From positions 40,550,001 to 40,614,000 of the forward strand of contig CM119371.1 in the NCBI GenBank assembly GCA_051294905.1: a stretch of DNA of 64,000 nucleotides, read 5' to 3'. How positions within the stretch are numbered: position 1 is the first letter of the stretch; the number at the start of each line of letters is the position of its first letter. Below are positions 25,359 through 37,308 of the stretch, piece by piece. Source of the stretch: Botryllus schlosseri. Lineage: Eukaryota. The notes under the pieces were generated by a model, which had not been told where the DNA came from, did no database searches, and saw only the letters and a list, made by a program, of their open reading frames with translations. The translations under genes were made by a program, and so were the position numbers.

Positions 25359-28300
25359 CAGTGGCGGCTCGTGACAATTTCGGGTGGTGGGGCAAGCGCT
25401 GCGAGCGACTTTTATCAACATTACGTCACAATGGCGTTTTCCAACGTAGAAAAGTAACTTTATGATGGTCACATGAATTTCCCGACAACAGTGATTTTAA
25501 CGTAGGTGCCGCGAGAGGTTTGCCTGTGAGCCGTGACTTGAAGTGTGGTAACAAAATGTTTTATTCATTTTTTTTTTAATCAAAGGATTATTTTACAAAA
25601 TGTTCATGAACTAAGAATCGTCCCTACGCCACGAATCAATTACCAGGTCATCCTTAGTAGCATGCGTTATGATTTCATGGTAGAGTTAGAGATTACGCAA
25701 ATCGATAGGCCCTAATTTTTCTAAGCCCATCCGAAAGTGTTTCGTACACGATCCTGGTGTGCTACGACCACTGAGTTGGTGGTTACGACCAGGTGATAGG
25801 CAACCAAAGCGGAGGCACCCGGCGTACGATTGGATAAATGGACTGGACAACATCTAGACCGCTAATTTTCGCTCTAAAGGCAACTGCGTAAACTACGTAC
25901 GGAGCAAAGATTCAATACGATTCATGTTCGCACCTGACTTGACCAGACTAATTCCAATGACTAGAACTCGTCAGATTGCGTAAGCCTAACTGGAAAGGTC
26001 AACGAGTTCGGACACACAAGCAATTGTTATCTCATAGATTGGGCCTGTCATATTAAATCCAGAACATCAATTTGAATGGTCTTTGAAGAACTAAGGACAG
26101 CAGCATCGGAACTTCGGTCTCGGAACAACATAGGACATTTTGGCCTTGAAACTGGAGACTGTGACACAACACATACGGCTTACTGTCTATAAATCTGCTG
26201 CGAAATCGTCGTTGGAAAATATATTAATCAATAAATACATGAATGAAACCCGTGAACTTAGTATACTGTTAAAAGAAATCATCGAGAAGTAGCACACGCA
26301 ATGTCATAACCAGAGGTGGTCAAAGTAGTCAAGAAAGCTACTCAAGTAGAAGTAGAAGTAGCGACTAAAAAATCTACTCAAGTACGAGTAGAAGTACATC
26401 TTTCATAAGCAACCTAAAATTACTTGAAGTAGAAGTAGAATTGACTGACTTTAAAAGTACTCAAGTAAGTAAGTAGTTGTGAAAACGATCCTAATTCGTT
26501 CGCACGGATTGTAAAAAGGTACAAATTGAGCTCTGCAAAAGGTGACGAGCTTGATTCATATTGATGCATACCAACAGGTATCCAATTTTCGATAGCATAA
26601 GCATTCATAAACATCATGATAGTATTGATACGGAGATGCGATAATAATCCTCTGTTTTCTCAGATAGCACGTTTTAGAAAACAGCATGGTACGGCGCCAT
26701 CCCCCATATTATAAGACCCGTAGTTTAGTCGAAGAGCAATACTGAGAAGTTGTGTAGGATACGGTGTAAACACTTTGCGCGATTAGTAAACGTTAATAAA
26801 AAATATAGTGGATCGTAAAAATGCCATATTGTGTAGCTTTATTTCCGGAAATTAAAGGCATTGCAACACTTGCTTTTATACTTCAACATGTATGTTATCC
26901 AGACAGAAGAACTAATATTAATAATAACTCAAAGTATATGATACTGGGAATTAAAAGGGAATATAAATACTACTTCTAAAAGTGGAGCATGTATTTCATG
27001 CCTTTAGTCCAAAAGTTTCAAAGGTGGTGCGCTAAAGCAGCTCTAAAACTTTAAAAAAAAGTCAGAGTCCACGTTTCCAGATTAGGACACGCCATGGACA
27101 TGCTAGATTGCGATATGACAAGTAAATGGTAGATTGCGAAACATCAGTTTCTAACGTTATGATGAGCCATATATACTGTGATGAAATATTTCATATGGGC
27201 GAAGAGCGACAATGTGGTGTAAACGGAACCACGCCAACCCGCGACCTAAATTATATTCACCGATACTTTCGTGAAATCATACTGGTCACCCCGCATCCAC
27301 TGCGCGCGAAGCGCGACGAAAATTCTTGGCTTTACTCAACTTATGTGAAAATTAAATGTTGATACTCCGTGAAAACAGCCCAAAAATTTCTCAGGCTATC
27401 TTCCTGATTGAAAGATTTAACTACTTCTACTTGACAGACTGAAAATAGCGAAAAGTTAGTAAGTAGATCACAAAATATTACGAAGTAGAAGTAGAAGTAG
27501 AGAAAATCAGATCTACTTGAGTAAGTACCAGAAGTAGAGGAAAACTACTTGAGTACTTCGAAAAAGTAGAAGTACTTCGTTACTGACCACCTCTGGTCAT
27601 AACCCATTCCGGCATGGTGCACTATCAAAATCAATACAAACAGACGAGCACCGAACTTTGAGTAAAATAGATCGAGGAATAGGCTGATCGAATGATCAGC
27701 TGTTAGCCGACATCGAAAATGAAATAGCTATCGCATTTGACAGGGGATTGTAAGAAGGCCACAATTTCACAGTGAAATGGACATTGGCGAACATAAAATT
27801 ATGTGAATATTTGAATGCAAACCGAGAATCTTAGCTGTTTCATGCGATCATCGAGAGCCAGTCTTCAGGATTACCGGACCACGACCTAACATCGACCTCG
27901 CCCTCCGCCACATGCCACCCCATTTTGTCGCTTGGGTCTTACATTCTCTGCATTACTTTTCATTCAGTGTGCATGCCTCTTATTTACTTCGCCTAGGCTA
28001 AGGTGGGTGTCTGATCTTAATGGCTACTCCAAGTTGTTTCGACACCTTCCTATCTTTTCATTGTATCGCAGTATTGTGATGTTTTGAAACGATGAAAATA
28101 CTAATAAACCTGACTGACTGACTGACTGATACCATTGGAAATATCATCACCGATCTCGTTAAGGAACGCAGACTAGATTAGCACAGACCGACACCGGCTT
28201 TTGTGTGAGATCCGCAATGATGTTGGTAGGCTATCAGATCAGCGCGCATCGCTACCATACTCGACCTCGAAAACGAAATAAATGCTTCAATCATTGAGTG

Positions 28301-29246
28301 TCAACTTTAAAGACTTGGTACCGCGTTCAATACTAAAATCAAGACATACCGTGCCCAAGCTCATGACAGATCTAGGTATGGAACATCGTTAAAATCAATA
28401 GAGACCAATAACGGCTTTTGCGTAAATCTGTTGGCGATAAATGAAGAGTCAGCTCTCACTCGACTTTGGAAACGAAATTACCACCCACATAGTTCAGTGA
28501 CAAACTTAAAACTTGTTACAGCGGTCGATACTAACATTAAAACTTACCGTGCCAAATGTCATGACCGATCTCGGTATGAAACATCGTCAAAATAAATAGA
28601 GACCGATACCGGCTTTTGAGTAAAATCTGTTTGCTGTACAATGTACATAATAGGTCAGCACACACTGAACTTCGGAAACGAAATTACTACCCTTATCTTT
28701 AAGTAGCAAGTCTGAGACTTTGAGCAGTGTTAAATACTACCTTCACAACATATCATACCAAGTTTCAAGAATTATCATGGTGCGAAACACCGTCAAAATC
28801 GACCTATACCAGCAAAGGTCTACTCAACACATATTACGGTAACCGAGTTCAGATATAGATACGATTGTTACATCACACCTTAGGGGCAACCAGACATATT
28901 TGCCCCGCTTGCTCGGCCATTTCACGAATAGGAGAGAGTAAATCACCGTTTCTTTATTTTGCGCGGCTGTGAGAGAATAGATAGTGAAAGCTTGTTATGA
29001 GCGCTACCGGGGCAAGCCCAGGCTAGGCATTCACAAAGCGAAAACACAGAAGAGAATTCGATTTTCGCAGAGACTTCGCTATGTATATGGGCAATGGGCA
29101 TTTGCAAGCGAAAGCACAAGAAGCACGTTGTGATTGTGATCTCGGTATATATTGATTGCTGTGCGTCTATAAATGGTTAAATTGTTATTGAACAGAATTT
29201 TAGGTGGGGCAATGCCCAAGTTGCCCTATAGGACGAGCCGCCACTG
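25359..29246. mobile_element. Non-autonomous hAT element with nested insertions
   Basis: TIRs CAGTGGCGGCTCGT / ACGAGCCGCCACTG; perfect TSD TAAAATGT. Contains a probable LINE 3' tail (AATAAA plus (CTGA)n near 28102-28128) and degenerate ~190-bp repeats near 28130-28800. Confidence 0.92.
26311..27595. mobile_element. Nested hAT MITE with AGTA/AAGTAG subterminal repeats
   Basis: TIRs CAGAGGTGGTCA / TGACCACCTCTG; perfect TSD GTCATAAC. Confidence 0.93.
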
Positions 29247-30360
29247 TAAAATGTACTGTTCAGTACAAGCATGATCAAGCGTTGGCGAGCCGGATGACAT
29301 GATTGTCACTTTTGTACGTGGTAGAGGCTTCCGCAGTTGCTGAACGATCTGTGGATTCATTAACGCATGTTCCACAGTGTCCCGGTACACATACGAAAGA
29401 TGTGTATTTTTGTATCTTTGTATTTTCGTACCTCATGATCCAACTCAATAATTACATTCAGTAGTAAAGTGAGAAAAGACCTGAGATGTTTGTTTGCATT
29501 CAATGTGCATAAGCAATCGCTAGTTATTGCGACTTTCTTGAAAAATTTCTATCCTATACCCGGTGTATTCACGGCCAACAGCAGTGCATGCTTGTCAGCA
29601 ACGAGTTCCAGTGTGAACTACGTCATTATCGTAATACTGCGCTACTTTAACTGCATACAAAGCCCGATCGTCGAACATCAGTCGTGTCACTTGACAAGTG
29701 CAACTTCTAGTAATATTGCGTAAGTCTAGTTATCTGAAACGCGCTAATACATCTGGTGGGATGAGAAATGTGCACAAATAGACTGAGCAATGAGCATCCC
29801 AGATACTGCGAAACATCCGATACGGTGTTCCACTCGCGACACGAAATCCAATGATGCAGTCCCCGCATCTACAATGTGATTGGACCGCTTCAAACAATTG
29901 TTTCATGAACGGGATACTACAGAAAAGTGGTAAAAGAATTTTTTAACATGCTAGCTGTACATTATACAATGTACATATCATGACTTGTTCGTATTGAAGT
30001 TGCCACGTCCGAACGTCAAATCCAATGATACAATCAATTAATTTACTGTTACATTATGTACAATGACTTCAAGGCTGGACACTTTTAGACACACTAAAAA
30101 GATTGTGCTGCACTACATCCTCAATGCATTACGATGCATTGCGGTGGTGCCGTATACTTCCACAGTATGTTACTAAATGCTAATGTATTAAGTTGTGGTT
30201 TTGGCTATTTTTATGTTAGGCTACAGTAATACGACCTGCCGAAGTACTGAAATTCTACATCAAATGTACTTCAGTCTTTTCAAGAGCATACGGCATATGA
30301 AACAGCCGTATTACGTGAGTAGTGTGGGTTGAATCGTTTGTTGCAGGCCAATCAAATTTC

Positions 30361-30560
30361 GCCACGTCGCCTTAATTGCCACGCCTACATTGCCACATCA
30401 TCCACCCATTGCCGCACCTATAGCACACCCATTGCCACGTCTATAGTGCCACATCATCCATTGCCACATCATCATCGCATTGATTGCCGCATCTATACGC
30501 TGCACAGCATCAACCCGCGCGATGTCGATTGCTGCACCTATGTCACTCATTGCCACGTCA
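30361..30560. repeat. Subterminal ATTGCCAC/ATTGCCGC short repeats of element B (mirror about 52417-52616)
   Basis: Many copies of (AT)TGCCAC(G/A)TC within 250 bp of the terminus. Confidence 0.85.
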
Positions 30561-31248
30561 AAACTTACCTTAGCTAGAATCGAACCTGGTTTGGTTGGGT
30601 ATAATTTCACATCGCTCACCACCAGGCTATTGAGCAAACTAGCCGTATTGAGCTGTTTTGAGAATATAACCGCCGATTCTCTCTTAAATTCCGAGACAAC
30701 ACCTTTTTCGAGTAATAACACATAAATGTAAGACTATGTTCGTGTGTACTTATAACATCTGTGTCATCATTAATTAGTCAATGATTTTGAGGAATTCTGC
30801 GAATGCAACTTGATAATGCAGATATCGCCACCATAAATGTCTACAATGACGCGAAAGCTCACGCGCATATTGCTGAATACTATTCCAAGAAATTGACGCG
30901 TGTAAATGTGCCACGAATACAGTTGCTTACGATTCCAAAAAAGTTGCGCCACATCGACAAAGTGAATTAGAACATTCTAAATAAAGTTGCGTTTCCAAGA
31001 AAACGCCGCGCTGGCGTTACGAATTAGAATGTTTAGTTCCGACGTAAAGCAATTCGCATTCTGAAAACTTCACATTTCTATTACAAGTATTGCCATGTGC
31101 GCAGGGATGCAGGCATCGCAGGCATAAGGTAAGATCAATGTATTTTCGTGCCAATTTAAACTAAATGTAGCTATAATTTCTCGATGCAGCATTAGCTTAC
31201 GCGAATTGTGAACGCAGATTGATTTACGTTGAGATTTCTCCAATAGCT

Positions 31249-32978
31249 AACGTAATAATGAGTTCTGTGCGTGGCTATAATGTTAACCGACAATATAGCC
31301 GAAGTCGCACAAATTCGAATGTATATGCAAGTTTTCTGTTAAAGGTAGACTATCTAGGCTCGGTTATTACTCGAATCTCGCTGTGGTTATAAATTAGGCA
31401 TGCTAATGCGTTGAGTTTTAAGCTGAAACATCCTATTTCGCGCAGCCAAGAAGACTAGTACCGCAAGCAAGCCCGGAACAAGCATATAGTGACAAAGCAG
31501 ATTACGCAACACTGAAGGTGGGCTATTTCATTTCTTGACTATACTGAAAAATCGACAGCGTACCGCATATAGCTATAATTTTTCAATGCAGCAATGCACT
31601 TCGGATTAAGATATATAATATATATAGCAACGTAGATGTTTTATAGAATATATTAGATCCAATACCTATACTAAAGCCGCAAAACGCATTGGAGCATACA
31701 TGGATAATGTGCGCAGATTGAATTACACCGAGATTTCCCCTATATCGCATCATTTAAATACCTAATAACGTAATAATGAGTTCTGTGCACGGCTATAATG
31801 TTAACCGACAATATAGCCGAAGTCGCACAAATTCGAATGTATATGCAAGTTTTCTGTTAAAGGTAGACTATCTAGGCTCGGTTATTACTCGAATCTCGCT
31901 GTGGTTATAAATTAGGCATGCTAATGCGTTGAGTTTTAAGCTGAAACATCCTATTTCGCGCAGCCAAGAAGACTAGTACCGCAAGCAAGCCCGGAACAAG
32001 CATATAGTGACAAGGCAGATTACGCAACACTGAAGGTGGGCTATTTCATTTCTTGACTAATATTGAAAAATCGACAGCGTACCGCATATAGCTATAATTT
32101 TTCGATGCAGCAATGCACTTCGGATTAAGATAAATATATAGCAACGTACATGTTTTATAGAATATATTAGATCCAATACCTATACTAAAGCCGCAAAACG
32201 CATTGGAGCATACATGGATAATGGGGGCAGATTGAATTACACCGAGATTTCCCCTATATCGCATCATTTAAATACCTAATAACGTAATAATGAGTTCTGT
32301 GCACGGCTATAATGTTAACCGACAATATAGCCGAAGTCGCACAAATTCGAATGTATATGCAAGTTTTCTGTTAAAGGTAGACTATCTAGGCTCGGTTATT
32401 ACTCGAATCTCGCTGTGGTTATAAATTAGGCATGCTAATGCGTTGAGTTTTAAGCTGAAACATCCTATTTCGCGCAGCCAAGAAGACTAGTACCGCAAGC
32501 AAGCCCGGAACAAGCATATAGTGACAAGGCAGATTACGCAACACTGAAGGTGGGCTATTTCATTTCTTGAGTATACTGAAAAATCGACAGCGTACCGCAT
32601 ATAGCTATAATTTTTCAATGCAGCAATGCACTTAGGATTAAGATATATAATATATAGCAACGTAGATGTTTTATAGAATATATTAGATCCAATACCTATA
32701 CTAAAGCCGCAAAACGCATTGGAGCATACATGGATAATGGGCACAGATTGAATTACACCGAGATTTTCCCTATATCGCATCATTTAAATACCTAATAACG
32801 TAATAATGAGTTCTGTGCACGGCTATAATGTTAACCGACAATATAGCCGAAGTCGCACAAATTCGAATGTATATGCAAGTTTTCTGTTAAAGGTAGACTA
32901 TCTAGGGTCGGTTATTACTCGAATCTCGCTGTGGTTATAAATTAGGCATGCTAATGCGTTGAGTTTTAAGCTGAAACA
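31249..32978. repeat. ~516-bp tandem repeat, about 3.3 copies (left arm of B)
   Basis: AACGTAATAATGAGTTCTGTGC at 31249, 31767, 32281 and 32797. Confidence 0.95.
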
Positions 32979-33099
32979 CAAGATTGCCATACACGGAATC
33001 GCTGTTAACGATGTCTGACTGCGCCGTTTCGACGAGTAACGAATTCTCGTATTTAGTATTGATTGTGACACATAGTCAAACAGCGACAGTTTTCACAAC

Positions 33100-35885
33100 C
33101 CGGTACATACATTGAACCAACTGATGTAAGGTGATACAGACTTTAGCATAAATCTGTTTTTCGGTAGCGTAGCACGTACCTATACATAGTAAGCTTTCAT
33201 AACGGAATTATCATGCTAATAATCAAATTCCCACCCTGAATCTTGGTACGCAGTTGTAGGATAATATGAAAATGCACCATACTAAATTTCGTTCCCTATG
33301 TTAATTTACCATAAGAAAGACAATTTGACTCCTAAAGTCCGAAATACTTGTTCGCTTGAGCTAAGTCGCAGCGCTTGGAGTGGAATTTTATAGTTCTTGT
33401 AAAAAGTTGTTTGTACACAATATATGTTTAAGGTAAGTTCTACGCATTCATGATTTCGTCCGAGTTTGCATTTTAGTAGTATATACTAATTTACGATAGC
33501 GCGTTTGTAACTTGTGCAAGTACAGGAAAATCATGGTTCTTGAACCGTGCTCAATGAATAATAGAGCATTTTTTGCTATTTTTCATTGCCATAAGTCATT
33601 CTGAAATAGCAGAATTACCGTGTTAAACATTGAATTCCCACCTTGAAAGTTGGTACGCGGTTATAGGACATTATAAAAATGCACCATACCAAATCCCATC
33701 AGACATTTCATGATGGAACTACTTTAAAACTAACGCGGCTCTACATCGACTTTTTGCGTACATCTGTTTTGCGGGAGCGTATAGCACGTACCCATACATA
33801 GTCAACTTTAATAACGGAATTACCATGCATTGAATCCCAACTCTAAACTTGATACGTAGTTGTAGGGCATTATGGCTATGCACCATGCTAAATTTCATCA
33901 CACATCTAATGATGGAACACCTTTGAAACTATCGCAGTCGCATACCGACTTTTACGCATATCTGTTTTTCGTGAACATAGCATATACCCATACATAGTCA
34001 ATTTTAATAACAGAATTAGCATGCTAAACATTAAATTCTCACCTTGAACGTTGGTACGCAGTTGTAGGACATAATAACAATGCACCATACCAAATTTCGT
34101 CAGACATTTCATGATGTAACACCTTCAAAACCAACGCAGTTCTATACAGACTTTTAACTAAATCTGTTTTTCCGTAGCGTAGCACGTACCTAAACATAGT
34201 CAACTTTATTAACGGAATTACCATGTTAATATTCGACTCCCTACCTTGAAACTCGGTACGCAGTTGTAAGACATTATGACAATGCACCATGTCAAATTTT
34301 GCAAGTACTTTATCTTTACACGACGTTTTTTGTAAAATGAATACTAATTTTATTGAAAAAATAAAAAATAAAAAAGAGCGAAAAATTACATTATATCCCG
34401 GAACGCAACAAGAAAAATCGTATGAATTTGTAAACTACTTGTTCATGACATAATAATAATTCTACTTGTACACTTTTTCACATTTTATAACACTTTAAGT
34501 AATACTTAACAGTTTCAGTTTTAAATAAAAGACGGAATATAAACTAATCGAAAAATTCGGTAACCAATTTCGCGTAGGCTATGCATGCATACAAATGAGG
34601 AAAGTTACATCAACGCGTGTTAAAGTAGCTGTATCGAGTTATCGAATGATTTTCTCCTTACATCAAAACAACTAGAATGTATAACTAAATTAAAAAACGT
34701 ATCTAAATGAGCTCCAGGGCATTGTGATTATGCTGCATACCAAATTTCATCACACATTTCATGATGGAACAACTTTAAAACTAACGCAGTTCTATAGCAA
34801 CTTTTGCCTAAATCTGTTTTCGGTAGCGTGTACATATACATAGTCAGATTTAATAACAGAATTATCATGCTAATATGTGACTCCTCACCTTGAAACTTGG
34901 TACGTAGTTGTAGGACATTGTGATTATGCAGCATACCAAATTTCCTCACGCATTTAATAATGGAACAACTTTAAAACTAACGCGGTTCTACATCGACTTT
35001 TTGCGTACATCTGTTTTGCGTGGGGGCGTATAGCACGTACCTATACATAGTTAACTTTAACAACGGAATTACCATGCTTAACATTGAATCCCAACTCGAA
35101 ACTTGATACGTAGTTGTAGAACATTATGGCAATGCACCATGCTAAATTTCATCACACATCTAATGATGGAACACCTTTAAAACTAACGCAGTCGAATACC
35201 GACTTTTACGCATATCTGTTTTGCGTGAACATAGCATATACCTATACATAGTCAATTTTAATAGCAGAATTACCGTGTTAAACATTGAATTCCCACCTTG
35301 AAAGTTGGTACGCGGTTATAGGAGATTATAACAATGCACCATACCAAATCCCATCACACATTTCATGATGGAACAACTTTAAAACTAACGCGGCTCTACA
35401 TCGACTTTTTGCGTACATCTGTTTTGTGGGAGCGTATAGCACGTAGCCTACCCATACATAGCCAACTTTAATAACGGAATTACCATGCTTAACATTGAAT
35501 CCCAACTCGAAACTTGATACGTAGTTATAGGACATTATGGCAATTCACCATGCTAAATTTCATCACACATCTAATGATGGAACACCTTTGAAACTATCGC
35601 AGTCGAATACCAACTTTTACGCATATCTGTTTTTCGTGAACATAGCATATACCCATACATAGTCAATTTTAATAACAGAATTAGCATGCTAAACATTAAA
35701 TTCTCACCTTGAACGTTGATACGCGGTTGTAGGACATAATAACAATGCACCATACCAAATTTCGTCAGACATTTCATGATGTAACACCTTTAAAACTAAC
35801 GCAGTTCTATACCAACTTCGCGTGAATCTGTTTGCGGGAGCGTAGCACGTACCTATGCGTGATCAACTTTAGTGATGGAATTACA
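33100..35885. repeat. Diverged ~200-bp satellite-like array in B, split by unrelated AT-rich segments
   Basis: Motif TGCACCAT(AC/GC)(C/T)AAATTTC near 33680, 33879, 34081, 34283, 35133, 35334, 35545 and 35746. Mirrored near 38665-41450 and 47610-50395 and repeated at 42550-44830. Confidence 0.9.
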
Positions 35886-35954
35886 TATGTAATTAAGTTT
35901 CAACACTTTTACAATGATTCGTCTTGCTTCCTATAACATCCCACTCGAGAAAAT

Positions 35955-37215
35955 GCGTCGTAGGATATAGATGAAACTAGCACAACTCATCAAGACCGCT
36001 GAAAACAGTACATTTCAACATTTAGTAGCAGTAAATTTCTAGTAAAGTACAAGACGTGATGATTTCCGAGTGAGTTAAAAAGTAAGTATTGCAGGTATAG
36101 TTTACCTGAAAACCGAATACTCTGAAATAGAAGTAGATGCAGTGTAAATAGTTAATCACTTGATTAAGTTTAGTGCAAGCAGATAAAACCTATACTTGAG
36201 TAGTACAAAATGCACGAGTACTTCGATATCGCCTCCCTCCGCGTAATAAGTGTCTACGGTTTAAGACTGCTTTTACCGATACTCGTCGGTTTCAGTTTTA
36301 GATAGAATTCGGAAACCAAATAATTTCATAAACATAAGCTAATTTAATGAATTTACTCGAATGTACTATGCCGCGCTGATAAGATTAATTATAATATACT
36401 TATCATGTTACAGCGATTTTTCTAGCGTAGAAAATCTTTAAAATGTAGTAAGCAGGCCAAATGAAGATATTCGTTGAGCTGAAGAAACATAAAAAATACT
36501 CTAGACTACTTTATCGGTACTTTACAGTTACAGTTTTAGATAAAATTTGTCCCTTTCACCTATAATTACAACTCCTCGCTATCTAAACATGTTTAGAATA
36601 TATTATTTGCGATGATACGAACCCGTGAAGTACTCAAGTTGCTTTTCGTAGGATATAGATGAAACTGACAACACTCACCAAGACCAGTGATCCACTGAAA
36701 AAAGTAAATTGTAGCAGTAAAGTCCCACTAAAGTACAAGAAGTAATGATTTCCCAGTTAGTTAAAAAGTAAGTATTGAGGTATAGTTTGGTCGAAAAAGC
36801 GAAAAACTCTGAAATAGAAGTAGATGCAGTGTAAATAGGTAATCACTTCATTAAGTATAGCGCAAGCAGGCCAAACCTATACTTGAGTACTGCAAATGTA
36901 CAAGTACTTCGCTATGTTCTCCTTCCACGTAAAAAGTGACTAGGTTTTAGAGTACTTTATCGGTACTCGACAGTTTCAGTGTTAGATAAAATTTGGTAAG
37001 ACTTTAAATTTTAAAGTAGTTTGAGCTTACGTTTGTATCACCTTGACAAGTAACATTATCAGACATGAAAATGATACTATCACCGAATATAGAAGTTAAC
37101 ACGCGTCAATGTGTTTCGGAATTCACGAGAAATTGCTTACTAAGAGAAGTATATTGTTGTATACACAATAGTGGAGAGAATATTTAAAATGTAGTAAGCA
37201 GGCCGATGGATATTC
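35955..37215. repeat. Diverged ~690-750-bp direct duplication in the inner arm of B
   Basis: CGTAGGATATAGATGAAACT near 35959 and 36647; TTAAAATGTAGTAAGCAGGCC near 36438 and 37184. Confidence 0.8.
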
Positions 37216-37240
37216 GTTTAGTTGTATAGGCATAAAAAAC

Positions 37241-37308
37241 ATTCCCGCGCGCTCTTAAACAAAACACTTCCTAACCCTACCACCTAATACTAAGACGCGC
37301 GCGGGAAT
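37241..37308. other. Hairpin axis of B: GC clamp, one bulged C and a 33-nt G-free loop (37258-37290); identical copy with loop at 46204-46236
   Basis: ATTCCCGCGCGC-TCTTA [AACAAAACACTTCCTAACCCTACCACCTAATAC] TAAGA-C-GCGCGCGGGAAT; mirror sum 74549. Confidence 0.97.

Noticed and set aside
30338..30353. Adenovirus-like NFI site near the terminus of B
   Set aside because: Only the GCCAA half-site is present; the TTGGC-N5-GCCAA spacing is not met.
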